A DNA stretch of 64,000 nt from positions 36,362 through 100,361 of the forward strand of contig CAJUHG010000002.1 in assembly GCA_910586005.1 (NCBI GenBank), given 5' to 3'. Under the pieces are notes generated by a model. That model did not search any database and was not told the DNA's origin. It worked only from the letters and a program-made list of their open reading frames with translations. The DNA comes from an uncultured Lachnospiraceae bacterium. GTDB lineage: Bacteria > Bacillota > Clostridia > Lachnospirales > Lachnospiraceae. Numbering within the stretch: position 1 is the stretch's first letter; the number at the start of each line of letters is the position of its first letter. A program made the position numbers and the translations under genes. Shown in pieces: positions 1-9,898 of this stretch.

Positions 1-705
1 GAGTGCCTCTGTGGACCAAGAGAAATCACCTATAAATTGTGCATCTTCTGAATGTGGAAGAATGGATAAAGTCTGTCCGCGAAGTTCCATAGGAATAAGA
101 AAAGGTTCTGTGGCATGTTGAATTAATTTTTGTACAGATATAGGTACTTTCTGAAGATGAGCAGTACCAGCATCCATTTTAGACATTTTTAAGAGAGCTT
201 CCACTAGCCAATCAATACGAGAAAGGAGTTGTGTAAGCTCTTGTAACAATTGTTGTTTTCTTGTTGCAGACAAATCTGGTTCTATAAGAAGGGAAAGAAT
301 AATATTAGAAGTAGTTAAAGGAGAACGAATTTGGTGAGAGATATCAGCCATAGAATCTGCAAGTAATTTTTTATCTTCTTCTAATGCAGCAGCTTGTTCA
401 CTTAGTCGAAGTGTCATTTTGGATAACTCATTTTCTAAAATAGATAATTCGCCCTCTTTGTATTTCTCAAAGTTAATGGGAACTTGATGATGCAACATAT
501 TGTCAAGTTCGCAGCTAAGTTGCTCTAACTTGTGATATCTGTGTACAGTAATCCAATAATGGGAAGTAAGATAGCATATAGAAGAAAACAATATCAAATT
601 TCCTGTGAAGAAAGTATAATCATATCCAATATAGGTAAAAAGAATTAGCAGAAAGATATGCCAAAGCAGACTGATTTTAATTTCAGGATTGCGAAAGAAT
701 TTCAT
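1..705 (-). CDS. Sensor histidine kinase (HisKA), truncated by the window edge
   Basis: Not in the ORF track because it runs off the edge. Manual translation from the ATG at 705 (GGAGG upstream) gives MKFFRNPEIK, two hydrophobic segments, then H-box ADISHQIRSPLT; lies directly downstream of the response regulator. Confidence 0.9.
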   Translation of the reverse strand, partial: MKFFRNPEIKISLLWHIFLLILFTYIGYDYTFFTGNLILFSSICYLTSHYWITVHRYHKLEQLSCELDNMLHHQVPINFEKYKEGELSILENELSKMTLRLSEQAAALEEDKKLLADSMADISHQIRSPLTTSNIILSLLIEPDLSATRKQQLLQELTQLLSRIDWLVEALLKMSKMDAGTAHLQKVPISVQKLIQHATEPFLIPMELRGQTLSILPHSEDAQFIGDFSWSTEAL

Positions 706-752
706 GGTATCCTCCATTCTATAGAATATATCTAATAGATAAAAGTAGATAG

Positions 753-1430
753 CTAGTCCCCCATTTTATATCCTATTCCACGAACTGTTTTTATTAGAAT
801 AGGAGTTTGTGGATGTTCTTCAATTTTTTCTCTTAGTCGTTTGATGTATACAGTTAAGGTATTGTCATTGACAAATTCGCCAGCAATATCCCAAAGAGCA
901 TCTAGCAGTTTTTGACGGGATAGGATAATTCCTTTGTTGTTTATAAAATATAAAAGCAGTCGGTATTCCAAGGCTGATAAAATAATCTCTTTTCCATCTT
1001 TATAAACAGTTCCACGAACAATATCTACATGAAGATTTTTATATTCTAATAAAGTATTTGCTTTTCCATAACGACGCATAATATTATGAATGCGGGAAAC
1101 TAATTCACGGGGGCGAAAAGGTTTGGAAATATAATCATCTGCACCTAAATCTAAGCCAGTTACTACACTGTATTCATCTCCAGAAGCACTTAGAAAAATA
1201 ACTGGAAGATTTGTAGTTGATTTGGCAGCGCGACAAATAGCATAACCAGTTCCATCGGAAAGGGAAACATCTAATAATAGTAAATCAAATTGTTTTGCTG
1301 ATTTTTCAAGGAGGGAAAGTGCTTTTGCTTGCCCCTCTACTGCAGTAATAGAGAAGCCTTCTTTTTGTAGAAATTCTGTTAAGTTTGTAACAATACTTTT
1401 ATCATCTTCTACTAACAAGATATGTGTCAT
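753..1430 (-). CDS. OmpR/PhoB-family response regulator
   Basis: Receiver motifs LLVEDD, LLLLDV, GADDYISKPF; winged-helix C-terminus IKTVRGIGY. Confidence 0.95.
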   Translation of the reverse strand: MTHILLVEDDKSIVTNLTEFLQKEGFSITAVEGQAKALSLLEKSAKQFDLLLLDVSLSDGTGYAICRAAKSTTNLPVIFLSASGDEYSVVTGLDLGADDYISKPFRPRELVSRIHNIMRRYGKANTLLEYKNLHVDIVRGTVYKDGKEIILSALEYRLLLYFINNKGIILSRQKLLDALWDIAGEFVNDNTLTVYIKRLREKIEEHPQTPILIKTVRGIGYKMGD

Positions 1431-1467
1431 ATACTTATCAACTCCTAAATGAAATTATTTTTCCTAT

Positions 1468-1496
1468 AGTTTAGCATTTTTGATGGTAGCTTTCAA
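1468..1496 (-). promoter_or_regulatory. SigA-type promoter for the response regulator/kinase pair
   Basis: Minus strand TTGAAA-N17-TAAACT with TG extended -10. Confidence 0.55.
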
Positions 1497-1623
1497 GATA
1501 AGAAAAAGTATTGAGAAGCCTATAAGAATGTGATACTATTTGAAATAAAGATATATAGGGGAGTGCAATAGGAAAAATTTAGGTAATTGCCTATTAGATA
1601 CTTGCCTGAAAGGAGAAAATATT

Positions 1624-2565
1624 ATGAAAAAATATGGTTTTGGTGTGGATATTGGTGGAACTACTTGTAAAATTGGTTTATTTGAAATCACTGGACAACT
1701 ACTAGAAAAGTGGGAAATCCCAACAGATACACAGGAGGCGGGAAAAAATATTCTTCCAAATATCGCAAGTTCTTTACAGAAAAAAATGGAAGAAAGAAAT
1801 ATAGAAAAAGAGGAAATAGAGGGAATTGGAGTAGGACTTCCAGGACCAGTATGTGCAGATGGAAGTGTTCCTGTGTGTGTAAATCTTGGTTGGAAAAATA
1901 TGCATGTGGCAAAAGAGATGGAAACTTTAATGAAGGGAATTATGGTAAAGGCTGGAAATGATGCTAATGTAGCTGCTCTTGGCGAGATGTGGCAAGGTGG
2001 TGGTAAAGGCTGTAAGCAGGTGGTTATGGTAACACTTGGCACAGGAGTAGGCGGCGGAATTATTATGGATGAAAAAATTGTAGCAGGAGCCAATGGAGCT
2101 GGTGGAGAAATTGGTCATATGACAGTAAATTCCCATGAAACGATTTCTTGCAACTGTGGTAGAAAGGGATGTTTAGAACAATATGCCTCTGCAACAGGAA
2201 TTACCCGCCTAGCGAAAGAAAGGCTAGCACAAGAACATAAAGAATCTTTGTTGGACAAGGCAGAAGAAATTTCTGCAAAAACAGTATTTGATGCATATAA
2301 GGAACAAGATAAGGTTGCAGAGGAAATTGTGGAAAAATTTGCAAGGATTTTGGGTAGAGCTTTGAGTAATATTGCCTGTGTAGTAGATCCAGAAGTATTT
2401 GTAATTGGTGGTGGGGTATCGAAAGCAGGAGAAGTATTGTTAGAAGCGATAGAAAAACATTATAGAAAAGTTGCCTTTTCTTCGTGTAAAGATACTAAAT
2501 TTGCTTTAGCTTCTTTAGGAAATGATGCAGGAATTTATGGTTGTATGAAATTGGTTTTAGAATAA
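1624..2565 (+). CDS. glcK: ROK-family glucokinase
   Basis: GVDIGGT, NDANVAALGE, TLGTGVGGG, GEIGH, CNCGRKGCLE ROK signatures. Confidence 0.9.
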   Translation: MKKYGFGVDIGGTTCKIGLFEITGQLLEKWEIPTDTQEAGKNILPNIASSLQKKMEERNIEKEEIEGIGVGLPGPVCADGSVPVCVNLGWKNMHVAKEMETLMKGIMVKAGNDANVAALGEMWQGGGKGCKQVVMVTLGTGVGGGIIMDEKIVAGANGAGGEIGHMTVNSHETISCNCGRKGCLEQYASATGITRLAKERLAQEHKESLLDKAEEISAKTVFDAYKEQDKVAEEIVEKFARILGRALSNIACVVDPEVFVIGGGVSKAGEVLLEAIEKHYRKVAFSSCKDTKFALASLGNDAGIYGCMKLVLE

Positions 2566-2684
2566 GAAAGAAATCTGTTTCTGTTAGATTGTTGTAAGAG
2601 ACAATCTGTTTGATACTAAGTTTTAAAATAAAATATCTGTTTCTGTTAAGAAAAAAGAAATTTTTATTACAATTAAGAAAAAGT

Positions 2685-2723
2685 AAGCCAAGGCAGTGAA
2701 TTTTAGCCTTGGCTTTTGTTTTT
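2685..2723 (+). terminator. Intrinsic terminator after the ROK kinase, possibly bidirectional
   Basis: AAGCCAAGGC / GCCTTGGCTT 10-bp stem followed by a T-rich tract, between convergent genes. Confidence 0.75.
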
Positions 2724-2790
2724 CTATAAGAAAAACCTTATCACGCTAAAGTGTGAAAATATCTTCTCTATAGAAGAACAATAATATGTG
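2719..2790. repeat. ~73-bp dispersed hairpin repeat (REP/MITE-like), copy A
   Basis: About 80% identical by manual alignment to 14393-14466; imperfect terminal inverted repeats TTCTAT.AAGAA / TTCTCTATAGAA. Confidence 0.7.
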
Positions 2791-2811
2791 CACATGTGCA
2801 AATTGTTTCCC

Positions 2812-5487
2812 TTATTGGATTGGTCTTGCAATCATTACAATATTGTAGTCTTTGCGATAAAGTCGGAGTGGTTTTTCAAGTCTATAACCATCTCCATAAT
2901 ACATAGAAACATGATGAATATTTTTATATCTTCCATTGCTTCCATTTGGTTTACTATAGAAAATTAAGTCTCCTGGTAATAATTGTGAGGCATCTATGCC
3001 TGTATAAGAAATAACTTTCCCAGCAGTTTCTAAATGAGCAGCCATAGAAGCGGCTGTGGGAGCCCAAGTGGATTGACCGCCTAATAATGCGGAATCACAG
3101 CCATAAGAGCGAAATACAAGAGAGCTACAATCATAATATCCTTCCGTCATGCGGCGTGCTTGACTATAGGTGGAACTGTTTATAATTTGATATCCAATTT
3201 TACATGCATTTTCAGCACGTTTATTTGTAACTTTTACTTTTAGATGAAAAGATTTACCATCCACCGTGGCAGTAATCTTAGTATCTCCATAGGAACGGCC
3301 AGTGATGGTTCCTGATTTACTTACAGTTGCCACAGAAGATTTTTTAGATTTATAGGTAACTTTACTGCTAGATGAAGTACCGGTAAGAGGAAATTTTTTA
3401 TGTTCTTTTAAGTTAATTGTTATATGTGTCGTTTTTAATTGAGGATTTGTAATAATTAATGGATGTTTTATTTTCTTTCCATCAGCAGTAATAATAATAG
3501 TTGTCTTTCCTGTAGAAGATTTAGCAGTAACAGTACCATTCTGATCAATGGAAGCAAGAGAAGAGTCTTTGATGTTCCACTTAATGTTACTATAAGAAGT
3601 CAGTCCTTGTACTTTAATTTTTTTTGTTTTTCCTACAGTTAAAAGGGTATTAGAAGCAGATACTTTAGGATTAGATATTTTGATACTAGTAGGAAAAACA
3701 GAAGAGGTACCATCTGTATAGGTTACAGTTGCAGTGATTTTAGCAGAACCAACCTTTTTTCCAGTTACTACACCTTTATGTTTGCTGACACTAGCAATAT
3801 TAGGAGCAGAAGAGGACCAAATGGTACTTTTAATTTGAGTATCTGGTTTTTGAATATTTTTTAGAGTAAGTGCCTTTTTGGTTTTTACCGCCAATGAAAA
3901 TTGTTGCTGTTTTACACCACTTTTTATTACTTTTATAGTACAAGAGCGTGTACAAGTAACTAATTTATTGTCAACATAACTAGAACAAAGAGCGTTTAAA
4001 GTAACAGTTCCTTCTTTTTTTGCAGTTACTTTACAACTGTTTCCAGAAGTAGAAATCTTTACTACTTGAGAAGATGGGTCTTCAAGTTCAAAGGAGACAG
4101 TATCTTTTGCAGATACATTATTTAAATATAAAGTTGTACTGTTTCCTTTCATTAAAGTCTGTGAGGTTCGATTTAATTTATAATTATTCTTTAAAATTGT
4201 TATTTTACAAGAAGTTTTTGCTCCAGCTACAGAAGCAGTAATGGTGGTGGTTCCAACTTTTAAACCAGTAATAGTACCATTTTTATTTATTTTAGCAATT
4301 TTAGGGTCTGAAGAAGACCAAGTAATTTGATTATCTGGTTTGGCAGAAGCTTTTAGTTGATATGTATTTTCAGTAAAAAGAGTTTTAGATTTTGTAGCAA
4401 TTTTTATGGAAGGTTTTTTAACAGTAACTTTACAACTCTTTTTTAAACCATTGCAGGAGGCAGTGATAGTAATTGTGCCACATTTTTTTGGTTTTAATTT
4501 TCCATTAGAATCTATGGATGCAATTTTATTATCAGAAGACTTCCACTTAATAGGATTTTTGGGAATTGTCTTTGCATCTAGAACAATAGGATTTTTAAGG
4601 TATACAGTGGTTTTTGCTTTTAATTTCAAAGAAGGTTTTTTGACAGTAACTTTGCAGGAGGCAGTAACACCATTGACAGAAGCAGTAATTGTAGTAGTTC
4701 CAGCTTTTTTAGGTGAAATAGTTCCATCTTTATCAACTTTTGCAATATTGGGTTTAGAAGATTTCCATGTGATAGTTCCAGTAGGAGTTGCAGAAGCCTT
4801 TAGCTTTTTAGTTTCATTGGTATATAGAGATAACGTTTTCTTATCTAGGGAGATTGTGTTTTTTACTGTAATAGTACAAGAAGCAGAAATTGTAATAGGG
4901 CCTGCTTCTGTATTGAAAGTACAAAAAGCTGTAATAATAGCAGAGCCTGCTTTATGTGCAGTTACAACTCCTGTAGAAGTTATAGAGGCTATATCTGAAT
5001 GGTCAGAATCCCAAGTAATAGAATTAGAAGAACCTGTATTAGTTGTTAATTGTAAGGTATCACCTGCAGTAAGAGAGTGAGAAGTATAGTTTAAAGTTAT
5101 ATTGGAAGGTTTATTTGTTTCTTCTGATAAATCTTCACTCGAAGCATTTGATTCTTCTAGAGGGATTTCATTTTGATTGGAAGGATTTATCTCTCCAGAG
5201 GGATTTTCACTTTGATTGGAAGGGTTTGTTTCTCCAGAGGGATTTTCACTTTGATTGGAAGGATTTGTTTCCTCTTCTTCCTTTCGAGGAGCTGTTGATT
5301 CTTCTGGAGAATTTGTATTTTGCTTAGAAAGGCTAGTTGTTTCCTCTTTCAAATTCTCTTCTTGAGAGTTAGCAATAATAGAAGAATTTTGAAGAGAAGA
5401 TGGAACAGAAGCTGCCAAAGAAGTAAAGGATGTGTCTAACACGAATAGGCAGCTAAAAGCGAGTGTGAAAAATTTCTGAAACTTCAT
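2812..5487 (-). CDS. Secreted NlpC/P60 peptidoglycan hydrolase with multiple Ig-like (Big_2) repeats
   Basis: N-terminal signal peptide; repeated W.SS.P.IA.V...G.I...K.G...ITA units; C-terminal YDCSSLV (catalytic Cys), PGDLIFY, HVSMY. Confidence 0.9.
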   Translation of the reverse strand: MKFQKFFTLAFSCLFVLDTSFTSLAASVPSSLQNSSIIANSQEENLKEETTSLSKQNTNSPEESTAPRKEEEETNPSNQSENPSGETNPSNQSENPSGEINPSNQNEIPLEESNASSEDLSEETNKPSNITLNYTSHSLTAGDTLQLTTNTGSSNSITWDSDHSDIASITSTGVVTAHKAGSAIITAFCTFNTEAGPITISASCTITVKNTISLDKKTLSLYTNETKKLKASATPTGTITWKSSKPNIAKVDKDGTISPKKAGTTTITASVNGVTASCKVTVKKPSLKLKAKTTVYLKNPIVLDAKTIPKNPIKWKSSDNKIASIDSNGKLKPKKCGTITITASCNGLKKSCKVTVKKPSIKIATKSKTLFTENTYQLKASAKPDNQITWSSSDPKIAKINKNGTITGLKVGTTTITASVAGAKTSCKITILKNNYKLNRTSQTLMKGNSTTLYLNNVSAKDTVSFELEDPSSQVVKISTSGNSCKVTAKKEGTVTLNALCSSYVDNKLVTCTRSCTIKVIKSGVKQQQFSLAVKTKKALTLKNIQKPDTQIKSTIWSSSAPNIASVSKHKGVVTGKKVGSAKITATVTYTDGTSSVFPTSIKISNPKVSASNTLLTVGKTKKIKVQGLTSYSNIKWNIKDSSLASIDQNGTVTAKSSTGKTTIIITADGKKIKHPLIITNPQLKTTHITINLKEHKKFPLTGTSSSSKVTYKSKKSSVATVSKSGTITGRSYGDTKITATVDGKSFHLKVKVTNKRAENACKIGYQIINSSTYSQARRMTEGYYDCSSLVFRSYGCDSALLGGQSTWAPTAASMAAHLETAGKVISYTGIDASQLLPGDLIFYSKPNGSNGRYKNIHHVSMYYGDGYRLEKPLRLYRKDYNIVMIARPIQ
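5158..5271 (-). repeat. 39-bp in-frame tandem repeat (3 copies, ETNPSNQSENPSG-like)
   Basis: TTTGATTGGAAGG recurs at 5172, 5211 and 5250 (period 39). Confidence 0.9.
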
Positions 5488-5901
5488 TGTTGTAATGCCT
5501 CCTGCGTAAAGTGTTTTATTCCCGCGAGCAACAAGTTAAATAAATGCGCTTGCATGGATATTTGACCTGTTATGTTAATTTTAATCGAATGAAATAATTT
5601 ATGTTCATATTCTAATTAGAATGAAACAATTATTCTTTAGGGTATTTCCGGTTATAATAATAATCCCTTTTTCCATAAGTTTCAAGACTAGCAAGAAAAT
5701 TTTTAAAATTTCTTGTATGGATTTTTCCCATAGCTAATTTTTTATGTAAATAAGTACAAGAGATAGATTATGTTAAATATTTGATATGGGAGCCAAAACG
5801 ATTACCTATCTTAATAGTAGAGATTCACCACAGTCTATGATATAATAATATTATGTGCCTAGAAGCGAAAAAACTATACAGATGAAAAGGAGTATATAAT
5901 T

Positions 5902-6522
5902 ATGAGTGATAAGAAAAAAAATTTATTTAGTACAATTGTAGTTTCCTTAATAGCAGGGATATGTATTCTTGTATCCATGTTAATTCTTTTTGTGCCCCAA
6001 ATAGAGGTCAAGGATCTCTGTTATTGTATTTGTGGTTCTGTAGTTGCTTTAGGCATTTACATGATAGTTCGATACTTTATGACTTCAGGGTATGAGAGGT
6101 TAAATGAATATGGATTTTCAGAGGGAGTTTTATTTGTATTGTTGGGGATTTGTGGACTGATGAGTGCAGACCGTATTGCATCTTCTTTATTGACAGCAAT
6201 GGGACTTCTCTTGTTGCTTTCTGGTGTGATTAAATTACAATATGCACTTGATTTAAAGTGCATGGAGGATCGCGCTTGGATTGGATTTTTTGTTGTTACA
6301 ATCGTGCTTTTAGGCTGTAGTGTTTCTGTTATCTTAAACCCTTTTCAAGATATGCTGTTTTATCAGGATTATACAGCTATAATATTGTTGATAGATGGCA
6401 TTGTAGAAATTATAAATATATTTTATTTAAATTATAGAACAAAGATTTATCTTAGAACGCTAGAAGAAATGAAACAAGAAGAAGGAAATATTTTTGAAGA
6501 AGTGGAAAAATCATCAAATTAG
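5902..6522 (+). CDS. DUF308/HdeD-like multi-pass membrane protein
   Basis: About six hydrophobic helices; AAAGGAG RBS; LLLSGVIKLQ.A pattern typical of this family. Confidence 0.65.
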   Translation: MSDKKKNLFSTIVVSLIAGICILVSMLILFVPQIEVKDLCYCICGSVVALGIYMIVRYFMTSGYERLNEYGFSEGVLFVLLGICGLMSADRIASSLLTAMGLLLLLSGVIKLQYALDLKCMEDRAWIGFFVVTIVLLGCSVSVILNPFQDMLFYQDYTAIILLIDGIVEIINIFYLNYRTKIYLRTLEEMKQEEGNIFEEVEKSSN

Positions 6523-6595
6523 AAATTTTGAAATGTAATAAAAAGATTTGTCATATTCTGGAGATTATTTTACAAAAAATCATCATTTTTTTATC

Positions 6596-6674
6596 TTGCT
6601 TTTTTAGAAAGATAATAATATAATAATTAGGCATATATAGTATTATAAAATATTATATGTACTATATTTAGTGT
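6596..6674 (+). promoter_or_regulatory. nrdD SigA promoter with tandem NrdR boxes
   Basis: TTGCTT-N17-TATAAT (6596-6624); NrdR-like boxes TAGGCATATATAGTAT (6628-6643, weaker) and GTACTATATTTAGTGT (6659-6674), 31 bp apart. Confidence 0.65.
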
Positions 6675-6689
6675 TTTGGAGGATAAAAA

Positions 6690-8852
6690 ATGAAGATTAT
6701 CAAAAGAAGTGGCAAAGAAACAGGCTTTGATTCGAGTAAGATTATAGATGCAGTTGCAAAGGCGAATCAAGAAGTAGCAGAAAGTGAAAGGTTGTCTCAA
6801 GAGCAGATTGAGGTAATTGCAAGAAGAATTTCAAAGTTTTGTGAGAATATGGAGCGGATTTACAATGTAGAAGAAATTCAGGATATGGTGGAAAATGAGA
6901 TTATGAATTACAAAGCGTTCCAAGTTGCCAGAAAGTATATTACTTATCGTTACAAACGTGCACTGGTGCGTAAGTCTAATTCCACAGACCAACAAATTTT
7001 AAGTTTAATTGAATGTAATAATGAAGAAATTAAGCAGGAAAATTCAAACAAAAATCCTATTGTCAATAGTGTACAACGTGACTATATGGCAGGAGAGGTT
7101 AGTAAAGATATTACCAAACGTTTTTTACTTCCAGAAAAAATTGTACATGCTCATGAAGAGGGAATTCTTCACTTTCATGATACAGATTATTTTGCGCAAC
7201 ATATGCACAATTGTTGTCTGGTGAATTTAGAGGATATGTTGCAAAATGGAACAGTTATTAGTGAAACCATGATAGAGCGCCCCAAAAGCTTTTCTACTGC
7301 ATGCAATGTAGCAACACAGGCAATTGCACAGATTGCTAGTTCTCAATATGGTGGTCAAAGTATTACTTTATCTCATTTAGCACCTTTTGTAGAGGTTAGC
7401 CGACAAAAATTAAGAAAAATGGTACGAGAGGAATTTGTGGCAGCATGCTTACCTTTGACAGAAGAAAAAATAAATGAAGTGGCAGAAATGCGTGTGAGAG
7501 AAGAAATTTGTCGAGGTGTGCAAATGATACAATATCAGGTAATTACCTTGATGACTACCAATGGGCAGGCGCCTTTTGTAACAGTATTTATGTATTTAGA
7601 TGAAGTTGCAGAGGGAAGTTTAAGAGATGATTTAGCATTAGTAATCAAAGAAATGCTTTTACAGCGAATGCAAGGGGTAAAAAATGAAAAAGGGGTTTAT
7701 ATCACACCTGCTTTCCCTAAATTGATTTATGTGTTAGAGGAAGATAATATTAAAGAGGGAACTAGATATTGGGAAATTACAAAACTTGCTGCAAAATGTA
7801 CAGCAAAGCGAATGGTTCCAGATTATATTTCTGAGAAGGTCATGAAAGAGAATAAAGAGGGAAACTGTTATCCTTGTATGGGGTGTCGTTCTTTTCTTAC
7901 GGTTTATAAAGACAAGGAAGGGAATCCTAAATTTTATGGAAGGTTTAACCAAGGAGTAGTAACTTTAAATTTGGTGGATGTGGCTTGTTCTTCTAAAAAA
8001 GATAAGAATAAGTTCTGGGAAATTTTAGAGGAACGTATGGAATTGTGTAAAGAAGCGTTGATGCTCCGCCACAATCGTTTGAAAGGCACACCTTCAGATG
8101 TAGCACCAATTTTATGGCAATATGGAGCGCTTGCTAGATTAAAAAAAGGAGAAGTTATAGATAAATTACTGTATCATGGATATTCTACAATATCTCTAGG
8201 CTATGCAGGGCTTTGTGAATGTATCAGATATATGACAGGAAAATCCCATACAGATCCAGAAGCTACCCCTTTTGCTTTAGAGATTATGCAACGTATGAAT
8301 CAAGCTTGTAAAAAGTGGGAAAAAGAGACAACCATTGCATTTAGTCTTTATGGAACTCCTTTGGAATCTACTACCTATAAATTTGCAAAATGTTTACAAA
8401 GACGTTTTGGAATTATTGAGGGTGTAACAGATAGAAATTATATTACCAATAGTTATCATATCCATGTGGCAGAAGAAATGGATGCATTTAGCAAACTGAC
8501 CTTTGAAGCACAATTTCAAAAATTATCACCTGGTGGCGCAGTAAGTTATGTGGAAGTACCTGATATGCAGGGAAATATTGAGGCAGTATTAACAGTAATG
8601 CAACATATTTATGATAATATTATGTATGGAGAGTTAAATACAAAAAGTGATTATTGTCAAATTTGTGGATATGAAGGGGAAATTAGAATTGTATCAGACA
8701 AAGATGGAAAATTGGTATGGGAGTGCCCCAATTGTCAGAATCAAGATGAAAGTAAAATGAATGTTGCTCGTAGAACTTGTGGATATATTGGAACTCAGTT
8801 CTGGAATCAGGGGAGAACACAAGAGATTCAGGAACGTGTATTGCATTTATAA
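6690..8852 (+). CDS. nrdD: Anaerobic ribonucleoside-triphosphate reductase (class III)
   Basis: N-terminal ATP cone (IIKRSG...FD..KI), HNCCL, MGCRS, CxxC pairs, glycyl-radical RRTCGYIG. Confidence 0.97.
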   Translation: MKIIKRSGKETGFDSSKIIDAVAKANQEVAESERLSQEQIEVIARRISKFCENMERIYNVEEIQDMVENEIMNYKAFQVARKYITYRYKRALVRKSNSTDQQILSLIECNNEEIKQENSNKNPIVNSVQRDYMAGEVSKDITKRFLLPEKIVHAHEEGILHFHDTDYFAQHMHNCCLVNLEDMLQNGTVISETMIERPKSFSTACNVATQAIAQIASSQYGGQSITLSHLAPFVEVSRQKLRKMVREEFVAACLPLTEEKINEVAEMRVREEICRGVQMIQYQVITLMTTNGQAPFVTVFMYLDEVAEGSLRDDLALVIKEMLLQRMQGVKNEKGVYITPAFPKLIYVLEEDNIKEGTRYWEITKLAAKCTAKRMVPDYISEKVMKENKEGNCYPCMGCRSFLTVYKDKEGNPKFYGRFNQGVVTLNLVDVACSSKKDKNKFWEILEERMELCKEALMLRHNRLKGTPSDVAPILWQYGALARLKKGEVIDKLLYHGYSTISLGYAGLCECIRYMTGKSHTDPEATPFALEIMQRMNQACKKWEKETTIAFSLYGTPLESTTYKFAKCLQRRFGIIEGVTDRNYITNSYHIHVAEEMDAFSKLTFEAQFQKLSPGGAVSYVEVPDMQGNIEAVLTVMQHIYDNIMYGELNTKSDYCQICGYEGEIRIVSDKDGKLVWECPNCQNQDESKMNVARRTCGYIGTQFWNQGRTQEIQERVLHL

Positions 8853-8870
8853 ATTTATGGAGCAAATATT

Positions 8871-9395
8871 ATGAATTATGCAAATATCAAAAAGGTGGAT
8901 ATAGCAAATGGAACAGGGGTAAGAGTTTCTTTGTTTGTCTCTGGTTGTACACATCATTGTGTAGGATGTTTTAATAGGGAAACTTGGGATTTTAAATATG
9001 GAACAGAATTTACAAAACAGACAGAAGGAGAATTGCTACAAGCGTTAAAGCCAACCTATATCGCAGGTTTATCGCTTTTGGGAGGAGAACCTTTTGAACC
9101 AGAAAATCAAAGAGCATTACTTCCTTTTTTAAAAGTTGTGAGGGGCACATATCCTGAAAAAAATATATGGTGCTATACAGGATATCTTTTTGAACAAGAA
9201 TTATTGCAAAATAGCAGAGCAAGATGTGAAGTGACAGATGAAATACTTTCATTGATAGATGTGTTGGTGGATGGAGAATTTGTACAAGAACAGAAGAATA
9301 TTTCATTAAGATTTCGGGGTTCTTCTAATCAGCGAATTATTGATGTACAAGAAAGTTTAAAAACAGGCAGAAATATTTATATGATGATATCATAA
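8871..9395 (+). CDS. nrdG: Anaerobic RNR activating enzyme (radical SAM)
   Basis: GCTHHCVGCFN (CxxxCxxC), LLGGEP, RGSSNQR; follows nrdD. Confidence 0.97.
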   Translation: MNYANIKKVDIANGTGVRVSLFVSGCTHHCVGCFNRETWDFKYGTEFTKQTEGELLQALKPTYIAGLSLLGGEPFEPENQRALLPFLKVVRGTYPEKNIWCYTGYLFEQELLQNSRARCEVTDEILSLIDVLVDGEFVQEQKNISLRFRGSSNQRIIDVQESLKTGRNIYMMIS

Positions 9396-9479
9396 ATAAG
9401 AAAATTTTAAGATAATTTTTGCAAAAGATGAAAGACATAAGCGAGTATAGACAATAAAATAAGGAAAGTGATATAGAGG

Positions 9480-9866
9480 ATGAGGGTTGAGAAGAAACAA
9501 ATAGAGAAAGAGTATTATAAAATTGTTCTAGTAAATATTCAGATGGATGAATATAAAATATTAAAAGGTCCAGAAGAGGAACAAATATTAACTCGTGTTT
9601 TGCAAGATGATTATCATTCCACAAAATATGAAAAAATGCTTCAACTTCTTGCTTGGGAGTTAGTAGAGAAGGAATATCGGGAGGATTTTTGCTCTATATT
9701 TTCTTTGAAAAATATATGTAAAGAATTTCAGAATGGAAAGGCTTTTATAAAATATTCTTATTTAAGAAATATTAAAGAAGAAAAACAAATGGTGCATACT
9801 AGAGTGTATCCAAGAACCATACAAGGAGAGGAGTTGAAAGAATTTATGATATATGTTACCGTATAA
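9480..9866 (+). CDS. Hypothetical protein (possibly a stand-alone PAS-like sensor domain)
   Basis: 128-aa ORF in operon orientation with AAGGA upstream; no strong motif. Confidence 0.55.
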   Translation: MRVEKKQIEKEYYKIVLVNIQMDEYKILKGPEEEQILTRVLQDDYHSTKYEKMLQLLAWELVEKEYREDFCSIFSLKNICKEFQNGKAFIKYSYLRNIKEEKQMVHTRVYPRTIQGEELKEFMIYVTV

Positions 9867-9898
9867 TCTGTAACAAATTTTAGAAACGAGGAATGCAA

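Noticed and set aside
2573..2648. 14-bp direct repeat ATCTGTTTCTGTTA, 62 bp apart
   Set aside because: Low-complexity local duplication in a 3' intergenic region with no further support.
1536..5327. Long antisense or alternate-frame ORFs (1536-2093, 4406-5080, 5115-5327) and similar short ORFs throughout the track
   Set aside because: They are shadows of well-supported genes, with no recognisable motifs.
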